64,000 nucleotides of DNA from Bacteroidota bacterium (lineage in GTDB: Bacteria; Bacteroidota; Bacteroidia; AKYH767-A; OLB10). Positions 49,074-59,332 of this stretch are shown piece after piece. The notes beneath the pieces are model-generated. The model searched no databases, was not told the DNA's origin, and was given only the letters and a program-made list of their open reading frames with translations. Positions within the stretch are counted from its first letter, which is position 1, and each line of letters opens with the position of its first letter. The stretch spans positions 19,813-83,812 of the forward strand of contig JAGVTU010000012.1 in NCBI GenBank assembly GCA_019136655.1, read 5' to 3'. Position numbers and translations under genes: made by a program.

Positions 49074-49228
49074 TGGTGGTGAGCTGTCACATATAAATTA
49101 TTGAATTTTTATAACATGCGTTTTTATCCACAATAAAATGTTCATTTTGTTGTTCGATGAAGAATAATACAAACTTCATTCTGACCTACTTTAGCTGAAA
49201 TAATAATTTACGATTAACATCAGGTATA

Positions 49229-51757
49229 ATGGGCAAACGCAATACTGTTGTTGCAGAAGCAAACACTTTTGAAAGTGCAAATACGGAATCAAAAGCAGAA
49301 GTTAAAAGGAGTAAGAAACCCAAAGCTTCAAAAAAGAGATTTCAGTGGATTTTTGATGAGCAGGTTCATCAGATTGCAGGTTTATTACTGATATTAATAA
49401 GTATTTTCTTAATAATTGCTTTTATATCCTATCTCTTCACCTGGCGTGCAGACTTCGACAAGGTGCAATCCGGATGGTGGTCATTTATATCTAATAAAGA
49501 TTTGAAAGCAGAAAACTGGCTTGGAAAAACAGGAGCACTTTCTGCCAATTCATTTTTCTATAATGGTTTTGGAATAAGCAGTTTTCTTTTCGTCCTCATT
49601 TCTTTTCTTACAGGTTTTAAGTTAGTATTCAAACATTCTTTGCTTCCATTCGGACGTACAATACGCATTTCAGTTTTCCTCTTGGTATTTGTTTCTGTAG
49701 CCATGGGTTATCTGTTTAAAAATGCAAGTACCTTGTTGTTTATGGGTGGTTCGTTTGGTTTTGAAATTTCACAATGGATGCAACTCATGATGGGAAATGC
49801 AGGTACAGGACTGTTTCTTGGTTTCACACTACTGGCATTTAGCATGGTAACATTCAAGTTCAAACTAAAACTCCCACAGCCCGGTATTAAAGATGACAAG
49901 CACGAAGATATCATGATTGCTGATGCAAATGTTGAAAGTAACACTTTCAAAAATACAGTAGCTGATATTACAGAGGAAGAACCGGAGACAGAACAGGTAT
50001 CGCAACCAATAGACCTGACTCCTGAACCGGATATGGAAAAAGCAATTAAAGACCTGATGGAAACTCCGTCAGAAGAAGAAATAACTTCCGAAGACAACTC
50101 TCTTGAACTTGAAATTGACAACACTGATGATTCGAAAGTTGAAGCTGAAGATGATTCCATCCCATTGTCAATTGAAACACCGGTTGAAGAAGTCAGCAGT
50201 GAAACAACTGTAAATGATGAAATACCTGATATGTCGGCATTGGGAGAATACGATCCTACACTTGATTTATCAGGTTATCAGTTTCCGTCCATTGATTTAC
50301 TTGAAAACTATCAGAGCAAATCCAAACTCACACCTGATGAACTGAAAGCAGAACTGGAGAGTAACAAAAACCGAATTGTTGAAACGCTGGGACATTACAA
50401 CATTGCTATTGAAAAAATAAAAGCTACGGTTGGTCCTACTGTCACCTTATTTGAAATTGTTCCTCAGGCAGGAGTTCGTATTTCAAAAATCAAAAATCTG
50501 GAAGATGATATTGCATTAAGTCTTTCAGCACTTGGAATACGTATCATAGCACCTATTCCGGGTAAAGGTACTATCGGCATTGAGGTACCGAATAAAAATC
50601 AGGAAATGGTAGCCATGAAATCTGTACTTGCTTCTGACAAGTTTGTAAATTCAGAGATGGATTTACCGATAGGATTAGGTAAAACCATTTCAAACGAAGT
50701 GTATGTAACCGACCTTGCAAAAATGCCACACTTATTGATGGCAGGGGCAACAGGTCAGGGAAAATCCGTTGGCTTAAATGCTATTCTCGTTTCATTACTT
50801 TATAAAAAACATCCATCACAGATAAAATTTGTTCTTGTTGATCCCAAGAAAGTTGAGCTTACACTTTTCAAAACAATTGAAAGACATTTTCTGGCAAAAC
50901 TTCCGGGTGAGGAAGAAGCCATCATTACCGATACCAAGAAAGTAGTGAATACGCTTAACTCGCTATGTATTGAAATGGATCAGCGTTATGAACTTCTTAA
51001 AGAAGCACAGGTGCGAAATATCCGTGAATACAATGCCAAGTTTGTTGCACGCAGATTAAATCCAAACAAAGGACATCGTTTTCTGCCATTTATTGTTTTG
51101 GTGGTGGATGAGTTTGCCGACCTGATTATGACAGCAGGCAAGGAAGTGGAAGCACCCATTGCACGACTTGCACAACTTGCGCGAGCCATCGGTATTCACT
51201 TAATTATTGCCACACAACGTCCGTCAGTTAATATTATCACCGGTACCATCAAAGCCAATTTCCCTGCACGTATTGCGTTCAGAGTTACATCAAAAATTGA
51301 CAGCCGCACCATTCTCGACAGTGGCGGGGCAGACCAACTGATAGGTCGTGGAGATATGCTACTTTCACTGGGTGCTGATTTAATACGTCTGCAATGTGCT
51401 TTTGTAGATACTCCTGAAGTTGAAAAAATTACTGACTTTATAGGTTCGCAGCGTGGATATCCGGATGCATTTTTACTTCCTGAATTTGTGGGTGATAACG
51501 AAGGTGGCAATGGCGAAGTAGATTTGGCTGACCGCGATCCGCTTTTTGATGATGCAGCACGTATGGTTGTGCAACATCAGCAAGGTTCTGCATCATTGCT
51601 GCAGCGCAGATTGAAATTGGGTTACAACCGCGCAGGGCGACTGATTGATCAGCTGGAAGCAGCCGGAATTATCGGACCGTTTGAAGGCAGCAAAGCACGT
51701 GAAGTGAAGTTCAAAGACCCAACAGATCTGGAGAACCTGCTTTCGAGCATGAAATAA
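49229..51757 (+). CDS. ftsK: DNA translocase FtsK
   Basis: 842 aa: N-terminal TM helices, an acidic low-complexity linker, a motor domain with Walker A GATGQGKS and Walker B LVVDEFADL, and a C-terminal gamma winged-helix (LLQRRLKLGYNRAGRLIDQLE). Confidence 0.93.
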   Translation: MGKRNTVVAEANTFESANTESKAEVKRSKKPKASKKRFQWIFDEQVHQIAGLLLILISIFLIIAFISYLFTWRADFDKVQSGWWSFISNKDLKAENWLGKTGALSANSFFYNGFGISSFLFVLISFLTGFKLVFKHSLLPFGRTIRISVFLLVFVSVAMGYLFKNASTLLFMGGSFGFEISQWMQLMMGNAGTGLFLGFTLLAFSMVTFKFKLKLPQPGIKDDKHEDIMIADANVESNTFKNTVADITEEEPETEQVSQPIDLTPEPDMEKAIKDLMETPSEEEITSEDNSLELEIDNTDDSKVEAEDDSIPLSIETPVEEVSSETTVNDEIPDMSALGEYDPTLDLSGYQFPSIDLLENYQSKSKLTPDELKAELESNKNRIVETLGHYNIAIEKIKATVGPTVTLFEIVPQAGVRISKIKNLEDDIALSLSALGIRIIAPIPGKGTIGIEVPNKNQEMVAMKSVLASDKFVNSEMDLPIGLGKTISNEVYVTDLAKMPHLLMAGATGQGKSVGLNAILVSLLYKKHPSQIKFVLVDPKKVELTLFKTIERHFLAKLPGEEEAIITDTKKVVNTLNSLCIEMDQRYELLKEAQVRNIREYNAKFVARRLNPNKGHRFLPFIVLVVDEFADLIMTAGKEVEAPIARLAQLARAIGIHLIIATQRPSVNIITGTIKANFPARIAFRVTSKIDSRTILDSGGADQLIGRGDMLLSLGADLIRLQCAFVDTPEVEKITDFIGSQRGYPDAFLLPEFVGDNEGGNGEVDLADRDPLFDDAARMVVQHQQGSASLLQRRLKLGYNRAGRLIDQLEAAGIIGPFEGSKAREVKFKDPTDLENLLSSMK

Positions 51758-51772
51758 ATTAATCAGAATCTT

Positions 51773-51780
51773 TACTTTTG
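51773..51780 (+). promoter_or_regulatory. Bacteroidota -7 box (TACTTTTG) for lolA
   Basis: Perfect match 48 nt upstream of the ATG at 51828 and 16 nt after the ftsK stop. Confidence 0.45.
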
Positions 51781-51827
51781 CATTTCATTAGCCGTTCACC
51801 TAGGGAGACGTTAATGGCATTGTTTTT

Positions 51828-52493
51828 ATGGTAATGACTAAAAAAATAATCATGTACAGAACTTTTGCAACCTTGTTTCTTTGCTTATCTTTTTTTGTTT
51901 CAAATGCACAGAAAGATGCCAAGTCGCAGGAAATACTTAAAGCCGTTTCAGCCAAATACAAAAGTTTAAAATCATTGTCCGCAACATTTAAAGTTAATAT
52001 TGTTGATCAGAAATCAAATACCACACAAAATCAGGCCGGGTCAATGATTTTAAGTGGCAACAAATACAATTTAACATTAACCGGTCAGCAAATTATTTCT
52101 GACGGAAAAACATCATGGACGTATCTGAAAGATGCCAATGAAGTGCAGATAAATGATGGGGCTTCAAAAGATGATGCTATCTCTCCTTCCAATATTTTCA
52201 CTATTTATGAGAAAGGATTTAATTCCCGCTTTGTAGATGAGAAAACTATGGGTGGCAAAGCTGTACAAACCATTGACCTTACGCCTTTGGATAAGACCAA
52301 ACCTTACTTCAAAATACAATTACAAATCAATAAAACCGATAAAACCATTGCAGGGGCTAAGGTGTTCAATAATAATGGCAGCATAATGACTTACACTATT
52401 ACCAAGTACACACCTGATGCTGCTGTATCAGATGCACAGTTTATGTTTGATGTCAAAAAACATCCGGGCGTAGAAGTGGTAGATTTACGATAA
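51828..52493 (+). CDS. lolA: LolA-like outer-membrane lipoprotein carrier family protein
   Basis: Signal peptide and LolA-family pattern (LKSLSATFKVNIVDQKSNTTQNQAGSMILSGNKYNLTL...DGKTSWTYLKDANEVQIND). It follows ftsK, a common arrangement. The exact start Met is ambiguous (51828, 51834 or 51852). Confidence 0.75.
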   Translation: MVMTKKIIMYRTFATLFLCLSFFVSNAQKDAKSQEILKAVSAKYKSLKSLSATFKVNIVDQKSNTTQNQAGSMILSGNKYNLTLTGQQIISDGKTSWTYLKDANEVQINDGASKDDAISPSNIFTIYEKGFNSRFVDEKTMGGKAVQTIDLTPLDKTKPYFKIQLQINKTDKTIAGAKVFNNNGSIMTYTITKYTPDAAVSDAQFMFDVKKHPGVEVVDLR

Positions 52494-52595
52494 GCAATTT
52501 TGCTTCTGCACGAGACCCATATTCTCCGAAAAACAGCCTTCTGTTGAATATCAAATTAAAGCATTTTCTTCCTTTGTGATTAGGGCTATTTTAGC

Positions 52596-52603
52596 TACTT
52601 TTG
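52596..52603 (+). promoter_or_regulatory. Bacteroidota -7 box (TACTTTTG)
   Basis: Perfect match. The track's TTG start at 52601 is the last three bases of this box. The ATG at 52625 lies 21 nt after the box end. Confidence 0.5.
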
Positions 52604-52624
52604 CGCCCTTATCCGATTTTTCTG

Positions 52625-53914
52625 ATGATTCAGCACGATACGGTGGTCATAGGCGCTGGCCTTGCAGGTTTGAGTTTTGCCTACCATTACGATAAAAATT
52701 TACCTGTTTACGAGTCGAACGACATTGTTGGCGGACTGGTACGCACCATTGACTATAAAGGCTGCAAATTTGATCTTGCCCCTCACCTGCTGCATTTGCG
52801 CAATCCGTATGTACGCGAACTGGTATTCGACAAACTTGGACTGGAGGTTGAAACTCATAAGCGTAAAGCTCACATTTATTACGATAAGGTCATCATCCCC
52901 TACCCTTTCGAACTGAACCTTTTAAATCTGAGTGAAAAAACCAAACGCGAATGTCTGGAAGGATTGAATGAGGTAAAACACCTGACCCGCGAAGAAGAAC
53001 TTGAAACACGCAAAGGCTCCTACCGCGATTATGCACTGAAATGTTTCGGAAGCGGTATTGCAAACCATTATTTGTTGCCATACAACAGAAAAATATGGGA
53101 CACCGATCCGGCAGATATGACTTGTGAATTTATGTCGCATCTGATTACTGTTGACAAAGACAAAATCAAACAAAACGCCTTTGAAGAAAACACTGACAGT
53201 TTTGGTTACAATGTTGACTTTTACTATCCGGTGAAAAAAGGTATTCAGGATTTGGCTGATATTTTTGCACAACAACTGGGAAATATCAAACTCAATACCA
53301 CAGCTAAATTTTTTAATACAAAAAATAAAACCATTGAAATGTCTGATGGTACAGTGGTGAAGTATAATCGTCTTGCATCAACAGTTCCACTGCAATCCAT
53401 CATCAGAAACAGTGACAGAGATGACTTAAAACCACTGGCTGATGAACTGGTTTATACTTCTGTTTATACCGTTAACATTGTCATCAAAGGAAAAGTTCCA
53501 GATACTCACTGGATGTATTTTCCTGACAAAGAATTATCGTTCTACCGCATTAGCTATCCGAAGAATTATTTTAAGAAAGCTACACCAAACGATGAACAGA
53601 TTATTGCTGTGGAAGTGGGAAGCCGTAATCACAGTCTGAGCATTGAACAGATAGAACAAAAAGTAGTTGAAGAAATTAAGCGAATGCCAATTTTTCAGAT
53701 TGACGAAATCGTATTTGTTCATTCCATAAAAATTCCGGTTGCTTATTGTATTTACGAACCAAAACGCCCACCCATTGTGGAGAAACTGATGACAACTTTG
53801 GAGAAAGACGGTATTTATCAGATTGGCCGCTATGGCAGATGGGAATATTCAAGTATGCAGGATGCCATCATGGATGGAAAACTCCTGGCTGATAAATTTA
53901 AATCAAATGACTGA
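52625..53914 (+). CDS. FAD-dependent oxidoreductase (amine oxidase / UDP-galactopyranose-mutase-like fold)
   Basis: I moved the start to the ATG at 52625 (MIQHDTVVIGAGLAGLSFAY, a dinucleotide-binding GxGxxG at the extreme N-terminus). The C-terminal GRYGRWEYSSMQDAIMDG resembles the flavoprotein C-terminal motif of UGM/PPOX-like enzymes. Confidence 0.7.
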   Translation: MIQHDTVVIGAGLAGLSFAYHYDKNLPVYESNDIVGGLVRTIDYKGCKFDLAPHLLHLRNPYVRELVFDKLGLEVETHKRKAHIYYDKVIIPYPFELNLLNLSEKTKRECLEGLNEVKHLTREEELETRKGSYRDYALKCFGSGIANHYLLPYNRKIWDTDPADMTCEFMSHLITVDKDKIKQNAFEENTDSFGYNVDFYYPVKKGIQDLADIFAQQLGNIKLNTTAKFFNTKNKTIEMSDGTVVKYNRLASTVPLQSIIRNSDRDDLKPLADELVYTSVYTVNIVIKGKVPDTHWMYFPDKELSFYRISYPKNYFKKATPNDEQIIAVEVGSRNHSLSIEQIEQKVVEEIKRMPIFQIDEIVFVHSIKIPVAYCIYEPKRPPIVEKLMTTLEKDGIYQIGRYGRWEYSSMQDAIMDGKLLADKFKSND

Positions 53915-54614
53915 CAACTGCTCCATAGTAATACCGGTATTTAACGAAGAAGAAATTCTTGAAAAAAGAATCCGCGATCTTTCGGAAGACTTGAAAAATT
54001 ATTTCCGTGAGTTTGAAATTATCATTACCGAAAACGGAAGTGTAGATAATACCAAAGCCATCATACGTAAACTTGCTTCAGAACTTAGTTGTGTTGTTGC
54101 TGAGATTGATGACGGTGCTGCAGATTATGGACAGGCCCTGATAAATGGAATCAACAGAGCTAAATTTGACAATGTAACCATTCTGGAAGTGGATTATCTG
54201 GATATGATTTTCCTTAAAAAATCAAATGAATTGCTTTCGGAGTATGATTTGATTATTGGTTCAAAAAAACTTGCAGGCGAAATGGATCAGCGACCATTTA
54301 AACGCAAACTGTTTACTTCGCTCTATAATTTCGGTCTGCGTATTACTTGCGGTTTGAAACTGACAGAAACACATGGGCTGAAGACTTTTAAGAAATCAAA
54401 ACTCGACCATATCACCAACGGATGTGTAACAAGACATGCAGTGTGGCCAAGTGAGTTTTGTATCCGTGCTTCAAAAGACAAGAATATTCGCATTAAAGAA
54501 ATACCTCTTTCCATTCCATTGGTTGAAATACGTACCACACGTATAAAAGCTATCAGCCGTCTGAAAAAAACCATTTCAGATGTGATGTTGCTGAGCCGTA
54601 CCATCAATAAATAA
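53907..54614 (+). CDS. Glycosyltransferase family 2 (polyprenyl-phosphate sugar synthase-like)
   Basis: I moved the start to the ATG at 53907 (MTDNCSIVIPVFNEEEILEKRI...IIITENGSVDNT). It overlaps the upstream stop (ATGACTGA). Short GT-A enzyme of 235 aa. Confidence 0.75.
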   Translation: MTDNCSIVIPVFNEEEILEKRIRDLSEDLKNYFREFEIIITENGSVDNTKAIIRKLASELSCVVAEIDDGAADYGQALINGINRAKFDNVTILEVDYLDMIFLKKSNELLSEYDLIIGSKKLAGEMDQRPFKRKLFTSLYNFGLRITCGLKLTETHGLKTFKKSKLDHITNGCVTRHAVWPSEFCIRASKDKNIRIKEIPLSIPLVEIRTTRIKAISRLKKTISDVMLLSRTINK

Positions 54615-54773
54615 ATTCAAGCGTTTTATTCAGCTTTATACTGAATGTGCAGCAGTTATTGGATAAACTGTTCTGTTATTACATAGCGTTCAAAACAGAG
54701 TAATAAATATTTTTTCCTGCCGTTATTCACTTAAAGCAAATGCAGATATTAGCATTTCATACCGGAAATACCA

Positions 54774-55316
54774 ATGAAACTCAAAACAACAGCAGCACTA
54801 TTTTTTCTGATTATTTTTTCTGTAAGTGCTTATGCCCAACGCAGAAAAGTAAAACAGCCATGGGGTTATGGAGCAGGAGTGATTTATAATTTTCAGGCAG
54901 AAGGTTTTGGTGCTGAAGTAAGAGTGAGAATTCCGGTAATAGGTAATCTTTATGCTGTACCTGAAATATCCTATTTCCCGTCCTTCAACAGATATCATGA
55001 TTTGTTTGCAGGAGGTGCGTTGCAATATGATTTGTTTGCGTTAAGAAGTTATACGTTCTATCCGCTTGCCGGTGCATATTATCACAACTGGCTGAATGCT
55101 GATGACTATGCACCTGAACAGCGCAAGAAACACAACCTTTCGCCACAAGCAGGTGCGGGACTGGTACGCAACAGAGGATGCTGGAGACCGTTTATAGAAG
55201 ACCGTTATGATTTTAAATGGAAAGAAAACCATTTACATCTTGGCATTTATTATTACCCGGGGCAATGTGGCAAGAGCAGAAAAAAAGAAAAATGCCCGGC
55301 TGTAAAAGGAACCTGA
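54774..55316 (+). CDS. Small secreted protein, probably an outer-membrane beta-barrel
   Basis: Signal peptide MKLKTTAALFFLIIFSVSAYAQ. Alternating aromatic/Gly-rich beta-strand pattern (GAGVIYNF, GFGAEVRVRI, GGALQYDLF, GAGLVRN). Confidence 0.55.
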   Translation: MKLKTTAALFFLIIFSVSAYAQRRKVKQPWGYGAGVIYNFQAEGFGAEVRVRIPVIGNLYAVPEISYFPSFNRYHDLFAGGALQYDLFALRSYTFYPLAGAYYHNWLNADDYAPEQRKKHNLSPQAGAGLVRNRGCWRPFIEDRYDFKWKENHLHLGIYYYPGQCGKSRKKEKCPAVKGT

Positions 55317-55344
55317 TTGTATTCACTAAATTAAAACATAGAAA

Positions 55345-56256
55345 ATGAAAAAGAATATTATTGTTGTTGCAGGATGTCTGGTGGCATTGCTGTCAACCGT
55401 TATACTTTCATGTAAGAAAGATCGCGTTCCGCAGGACGATTACAAAGACATGGATTCCTTTTACAGCAATCATGAGGAAGAAGAACAGGAATACACCATT
55501 GACTCAACAGGAAACTGTCCGCTGGTGTGCAAAAAAGGAACTAAAATTTGTGTTGGTGCTGATATGTTTGAATTTACCGGTGGTGGTCCTATTAGCTACC
55601 CTTTTCAACTTAAGGTGATTGAACTGTACTCCATCAAAGACATGATTTTGCGAAGAATACCTTCAGTTGCATCAGGAAATGTACTTGAAACAAGTGCTGA
55701 AGTAAGAGTGAGACCTTTTAAAAACGGCACTGAAGTATTTTTAAAACCAGGACGCAAATACTGGCTTGAAACAGCTGCATTGCCTTCAACAAATAACAAC
55801 ATGCAGTCGTATTACGGTTATGATTCAAATGGCAGCAACAACTGGACAAGCAATATTTCAGATTTTATTCCCGGATTTACTGATACTCTTTCATCAGTAG
55901 TTGCTTCACCAACTTACTACACAACTACTCCTGCGACAACAGGATGGTTTAGTCCGGCAAAAATATTTCCTGCAACCAACACATCTCTTACGCTTACTGT
56001 TCCCGGAACGAATACTCAGAATATTCAGGTGTATGTTTCATTTGCAAACTTTAAAGGTGTGATGAAAATTGAAAATTTAACAACCACATCACTCCCATTG
56101 GGTGAGAGCGTAAAACTCATTGCATTCGGGCAAAAACAAAACAATGATTTTGTAATGGATCAGCAAACATTTACTGTAAGCGCTAATCAGCAAATACCGT
56201 TAAACATGCAGGTGGTTACAGAGAATGATATTCTGAACGCTCTGGCTGCATTGTAG
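55345..56256 (+). CDS. Hypothetical lipoprotein
   Basis: Lipoprotein-type signal MKKNIIVVAGCLVALLSTVILSCKKD. No motif recognised. It starts 28 nt after the preceding gene. Confidence 0.6.
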   Translation: MKKNIIVVAGCLVALLSTVILSCKKDRVPQDDYKDMDSFYSNHEEEEQEYTIDSTGNCPLVCKKGTKICVGADMFEFTGGGPISYPFQLKVIELYSIKDMILRRIPSVASGNVLETSAEVRVRPFKNGTEVFLKPGRKYWLETAALPSTNNNMQSYYGYDSNGSNNWTSNISDFIPGFTDTLSSVVASPTYYTTTPATTGWFSPAKIFPATNTSLTLTVPGTNTQNIQVYVSFANFKGVMKIENLTTTSLPLGESVKLIAFGQKQNNDFVMDQQTFTVSANQQIPLNMQVVTENDILNALAAL

Positions 56257-57279
56257 TTATTTGCCATATTTCTTCTTGAAATATTCAATCAGTGTTTTTA
56301 CATCTTTGTTGCAGCTGTCGTTGTAAATCTGTTCCAGCATAGGTTGTGCGTTGTGATAATCGCTGAATGATAAAAACCAGGTATTGCCGGGAAGTTTTTC
56401 CTTACTGAAATCCCAACGATATCTCGTGGGAGTGTGATAAGGCAGTTTATTCATCTCTGCCAAGATGGATGCTATCAGTCTGTATTTTTCAGCATATTTT
56501 TTTTCGTTTGGTAGTGACAAAAAATGTGTGTCTTTATAAAGTGAATCGAGCCGTTTCACTGAACTGACCACAAAACTGCTGTAAAGTTTGTTATCTTCCT
56601 GTCTGTATTTGTATTCATTCAGTTTATCAGGCATGGTTTCAGAAATAAATTTCTCTGCACCCTTTTCTCCAATAAAGGTGGCAAGGTTTTCATTAAACTC
56701 CACATCACCTTTCACATACAACGTAGCATGAGTCATCTCATGAATGATAAGTTCGGCCAATGAACCTTCTGATCGTTTCAACATACCTGACAGCACAGGG
56801 TCGCTGAACCAACCCAACGTACTCCATGCCGACACCGGTGACAAATCAGTATCATATCCTTCGCTGATAAACTTTTGTTCTTCCTTTAATCCGATTTGTT
56901 TGTCAAAAAATCCTTTATAAGACAGCTTACCCAAAAAAGGATATTTCCATTTATAAGATTCCATGCTGAAAGGTGGCGCTGCATTCAACACCCATAATAA
57001 AGGCTTGCCCTTCTGGTCGTAAAACGTCTGATAGTTTTTGGTATTCTCTAAACCAAGTGAATCAATAGCATATTTGCGTACACTTTCAATCAGTCTGAGT
57101 TTTTGTTTGATGGTATCAGCAACGGATGGATTTTGAAGTATCCTGTCAACAGGTTCAGTGTTTCTGATAATAGCAAGCTGTCCCTGCAGTTGTCTGAACC
57201 CATAAACAATAATATTTCTGTTGGCAAAAAATCCAATTAATAACAACAAACAGATGGCAAGAAATATTTTCTTCTTCAT
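56257..57279 (-). CDS. Predicted zinc aminopeptidase (DUF2265-like family)
   Basis: N-terminal TM/signal segment and an HExxH motif in the context LAELIIHEMTHATLYVKGDVEFNENLATFIG, typical of this putative aminopeptidase family. Confidence 0.65.
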   Translation of the reverse strand: MKKKIFLAICLLLLIGFFANRNIIVYGFRQLQGQLAIIRNTEPVDRILQNPSVADTIKQKLRLIESVRKYAIDSLGLENTKNYQTFYDQKGKPLLWVLNAAPPFSMESYKWKYPFLGKLSYKGFFDKQIGLKEEQKFISEGYDTDLSPVSAWSTLGWFSDPVLSGMLKRSEGSLAELIIHEMTHATLYVKGDVEFNENLATFIGEKGAEKFISETMPDKLNEYKYRQEDNKLYSSFVVSSVKRLDSLYKDTHFLSLPNEKKYAEKYRLIASILAEMNKLPYHTPTRYRWDFSKEKLPGNTWFLSFSDYHNAQPMLEQIYNDSCNKDVKTLIEYFKKKYGK

Positions 57280-57337
57280 CCATCAAAAGTTTAATCAGTA
57301 AAAGTCAGCTATCCTGCAGCAATTGCAGCAGTAAATT

Positions 57338-59131
57338 CTAGAAACAATATTTATTCTCGTGAATAAGCTGAGCTGCAATTCTTCTTCTTGCTTCCTTTGT
57401 ATTGTAAGGCTGCACTTTTGAAAATCTCTTCAGTCCCATCAGCAACATGCGCTGTTCATCGCCTTCGGCAAAAGCATAAATAGCTTCTTTTCCGGCAATA
57501 TTAATTTTATCGGCAGCGTCATGAATGTAAATACGCATCATATCCAGTTGTGAAGCGCAGGCCTGTTCGCCTTTTATGCCAACCAATTTTTCTGTACGAA
57601 GCAAAATAGATTCACCAACATAAATTGCAGTTGCCATATCAGCAATGTTCATCAGAATTTCCTGCTCTTTGGCAAGTGTCATCATCAGTTTTTGAACTGC
57701 AGCACCTGCAACCACAAGTAATGCCTTTTTGAAATTTGCAATATATTTTTTCTCTTCTGCAAAGAGTGTTGTATCCGGCTCTCCAAAATCAGGAATTCCC
57801 ATTAGTTCTTTCTGTACATTCATAGCAGGAGTCATCAAATCAATTTTACCTTTCATGGCACGTTTCAGAATCATGTCAACAGTAAGGAGACGGTTAATCT
57901 CATTGGTGCCTTCAAAAATTCTGTTAATGCGCGAGTCGCGATAAGCTCTGTCCATTGGAAAATCTGCACTGAAACCATATCCTCCGTAAATCTGTACTCC
58001 TTCGTCCACTACATAATCCAATGTTTCAGATCCATCCACTTTAAGCATGGCACATTCCACAGCATACTCTTCTGCAGCTTCAAGCAATGCTTTTGAATGT
58101 TCAACTCCTTCGCTAAGTTTTTGTTTTTCCAGTTCATCAATCATAAATGATGTTCGGTACAATGCACTTTCACAAGCATAAATGCGAATTGCCTGTTGTG
58201 CTAATTTATATCTGATTGCTCCGAATTTTGAAATAGGCAATTTAAACTGCTCGCGTGTGTTGGCATAAGAAACCGAAAGTGAACTTACTTCTTTGGCGCC
58301 ACCAAGTGCAGCAGCACACAGTTTCAGTCTTCCGATATTTAAAATATTGAATGCAATAAGATGACCTTTTCCTATTTCGCCCAAAACATTTTCGACCGGA
58401 ACTTTGCAATCGCTAAAAAACACCTGACGTGTGCTTGAGCCTTTTATTCCCATTTTATGTTCTTCCTCTCCAAGGGTAAGTCCGGGATAATTTTTTTCTA
58501 CAATAAATCCGGTGAACTTATCGCCATCAACCTGAGCAAACACGGTGAACACTTCTGCAAATCCTGCATTGGTGATCCACATTTTTTGTCCGTTGAGGAT
58601 ATAATGTTTTCCATCTGATGAAAGAACTGCCTTGGTTTTTGCTGCCAATGCATCAGATCCTGAACCCGGTTCGGTGAGACAGTAAGAAGCTTTCCACTCA
58701 CCTGAAGCCAACTTAGGTAAATACTTTTGTTTTTGTTCAGGAGTTCCGAAATATAAAATCGGTAACGTGCCTATACCTGTATGCGCTGCAAATGCAACAG
58801 AAAAAGAATGGCCTGCACCCAGTGTTTCTGTGAGTAATGTTGCAGTAATAAAATCTTTTCCGAATCCGCCATATTCTTCAGGCAAAGAAACTCCCAATAA
58901 TCCTAATTCTCCGGATTTGTCCATCAATGAAGGCATCAGCCCGGGTTCCATGGCATCAATACGATCGAGGCAGGTATGCACTTCCTGTTTTAAAAAATCA
59001 TGTGCTGTCTGCTCAATCATGAGATGTTCTTCATTGAACTCCTCAGGAATAAAAGTATTCGCTGCTGATGATTCTTTAATAATAAATTCTCCACCTTTTA
59101 CCGAAGCGGATTTTTCCTGTGTAGTACTCAT
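57338..59131 (-). CDS. Acyl-CoA dehydrogenase (long, ~600-aa form)
   Basis: ACAD middle-domain and C-terminal-domain motifs (YCLTEPGSGSDA, GQKMWITNAG, QIYGGYGF, IFEGTNEINRL) plus an extra C-terminal helical domain. Confidence 0.88.
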   Translation of the reverse strand: MSTTQEKSASVKGGEFIIKESSAANTFIPEEFNEEHLMIEQTAHDFLKQEVHTCLDRIDAMEPGLMPSLMDKSGELGLLGVSLPEEYGGFGKDFITATLLTETLGAGHSFSVAFAAHTGIGTLPILYFGTPEQKQKYLPKLASGEWKASYCLTEPGSGSDALAAKTKAVLSSDGKHYILNGQKMWITNAGFAEVFTVFAQVDGDKFTGFIVEKNYPGLTLGEEEHKMGIKGSSTRQVFFSDCKVPVENVLGEIGKGHLIAFNILNIGRLKLCAAALGGAKEVSSLSVSYANTREQFKLPISKFGAIRYKLAQQAIRIYACESALYRTSFMIDELEKQKLSEGVEHSKALLEAAEEYAVECAMLKVDGSETLDYVVDEGVQIYGGYGFSADFPMDRAYRDSRINRIFEGTNEINRLLTVDMILKRAMKGKIDLMTPAMNVQKELMGIPDFGEPDTTLFAEEKKYIANFKKALLVVAGAAVQKLMMTLAKEQEILMNIADMATAIYVGESILLRTEKLVGIKGEQACASQLDMMRIYIHDAADKINIAGKEAIYAFAEGDEQRMLLMGLKRFSKVQPYNTKEARRRIAAQLIHENKYCF

Positions 59132-59228
59132 AAATGTGGTCTTTTAATATAAGAGCTAAAAATATATAACTTAAACCATAATAACAGCATTATAGTTTCA
59201 AAATCAAACTGATGTTTATCAACAAAAT

Positions 59229-59236
59229 CAAAAATA
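59229..59236 (-). promoter_or_regulatory. Candidate -7 box (TATTTTTG) for the acyl-CoA dehydrogenase gene
   Basis: The plus strand reads caaaaata, which is TATTTTTG on the minus strand, 98 nt upstream of the ATG at 59131. Confidence 0.3.
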
Positions 59237-59332
59237 CTGAAATACAGTCAGTTTACAATGATTTGTAAGATTTATAACTAATTTCCAACTTTTGCGTAAA
59301 CAAGCTCAAGACAAATTGAAATTGGGCATACT

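Noticed and set aside
49187-49194. TACTTTAG upstream of ftsK as a -7 box
   Set aside because: It has one mismatch at the conserved T of TTTG, so I did not list it as a feature. It remains a weak candidate 35 nt upstream of the ftsK ATG.
49708-50160. 150-aa minus-strand Ser-rich ORF
   Set aside because: It is antisense to the acidic (E/D/T/S) low-complexity linker of ftsK. GAA/GAT-rich coding sequence gives open Ser/Phe-rich frames on the opposite strand.
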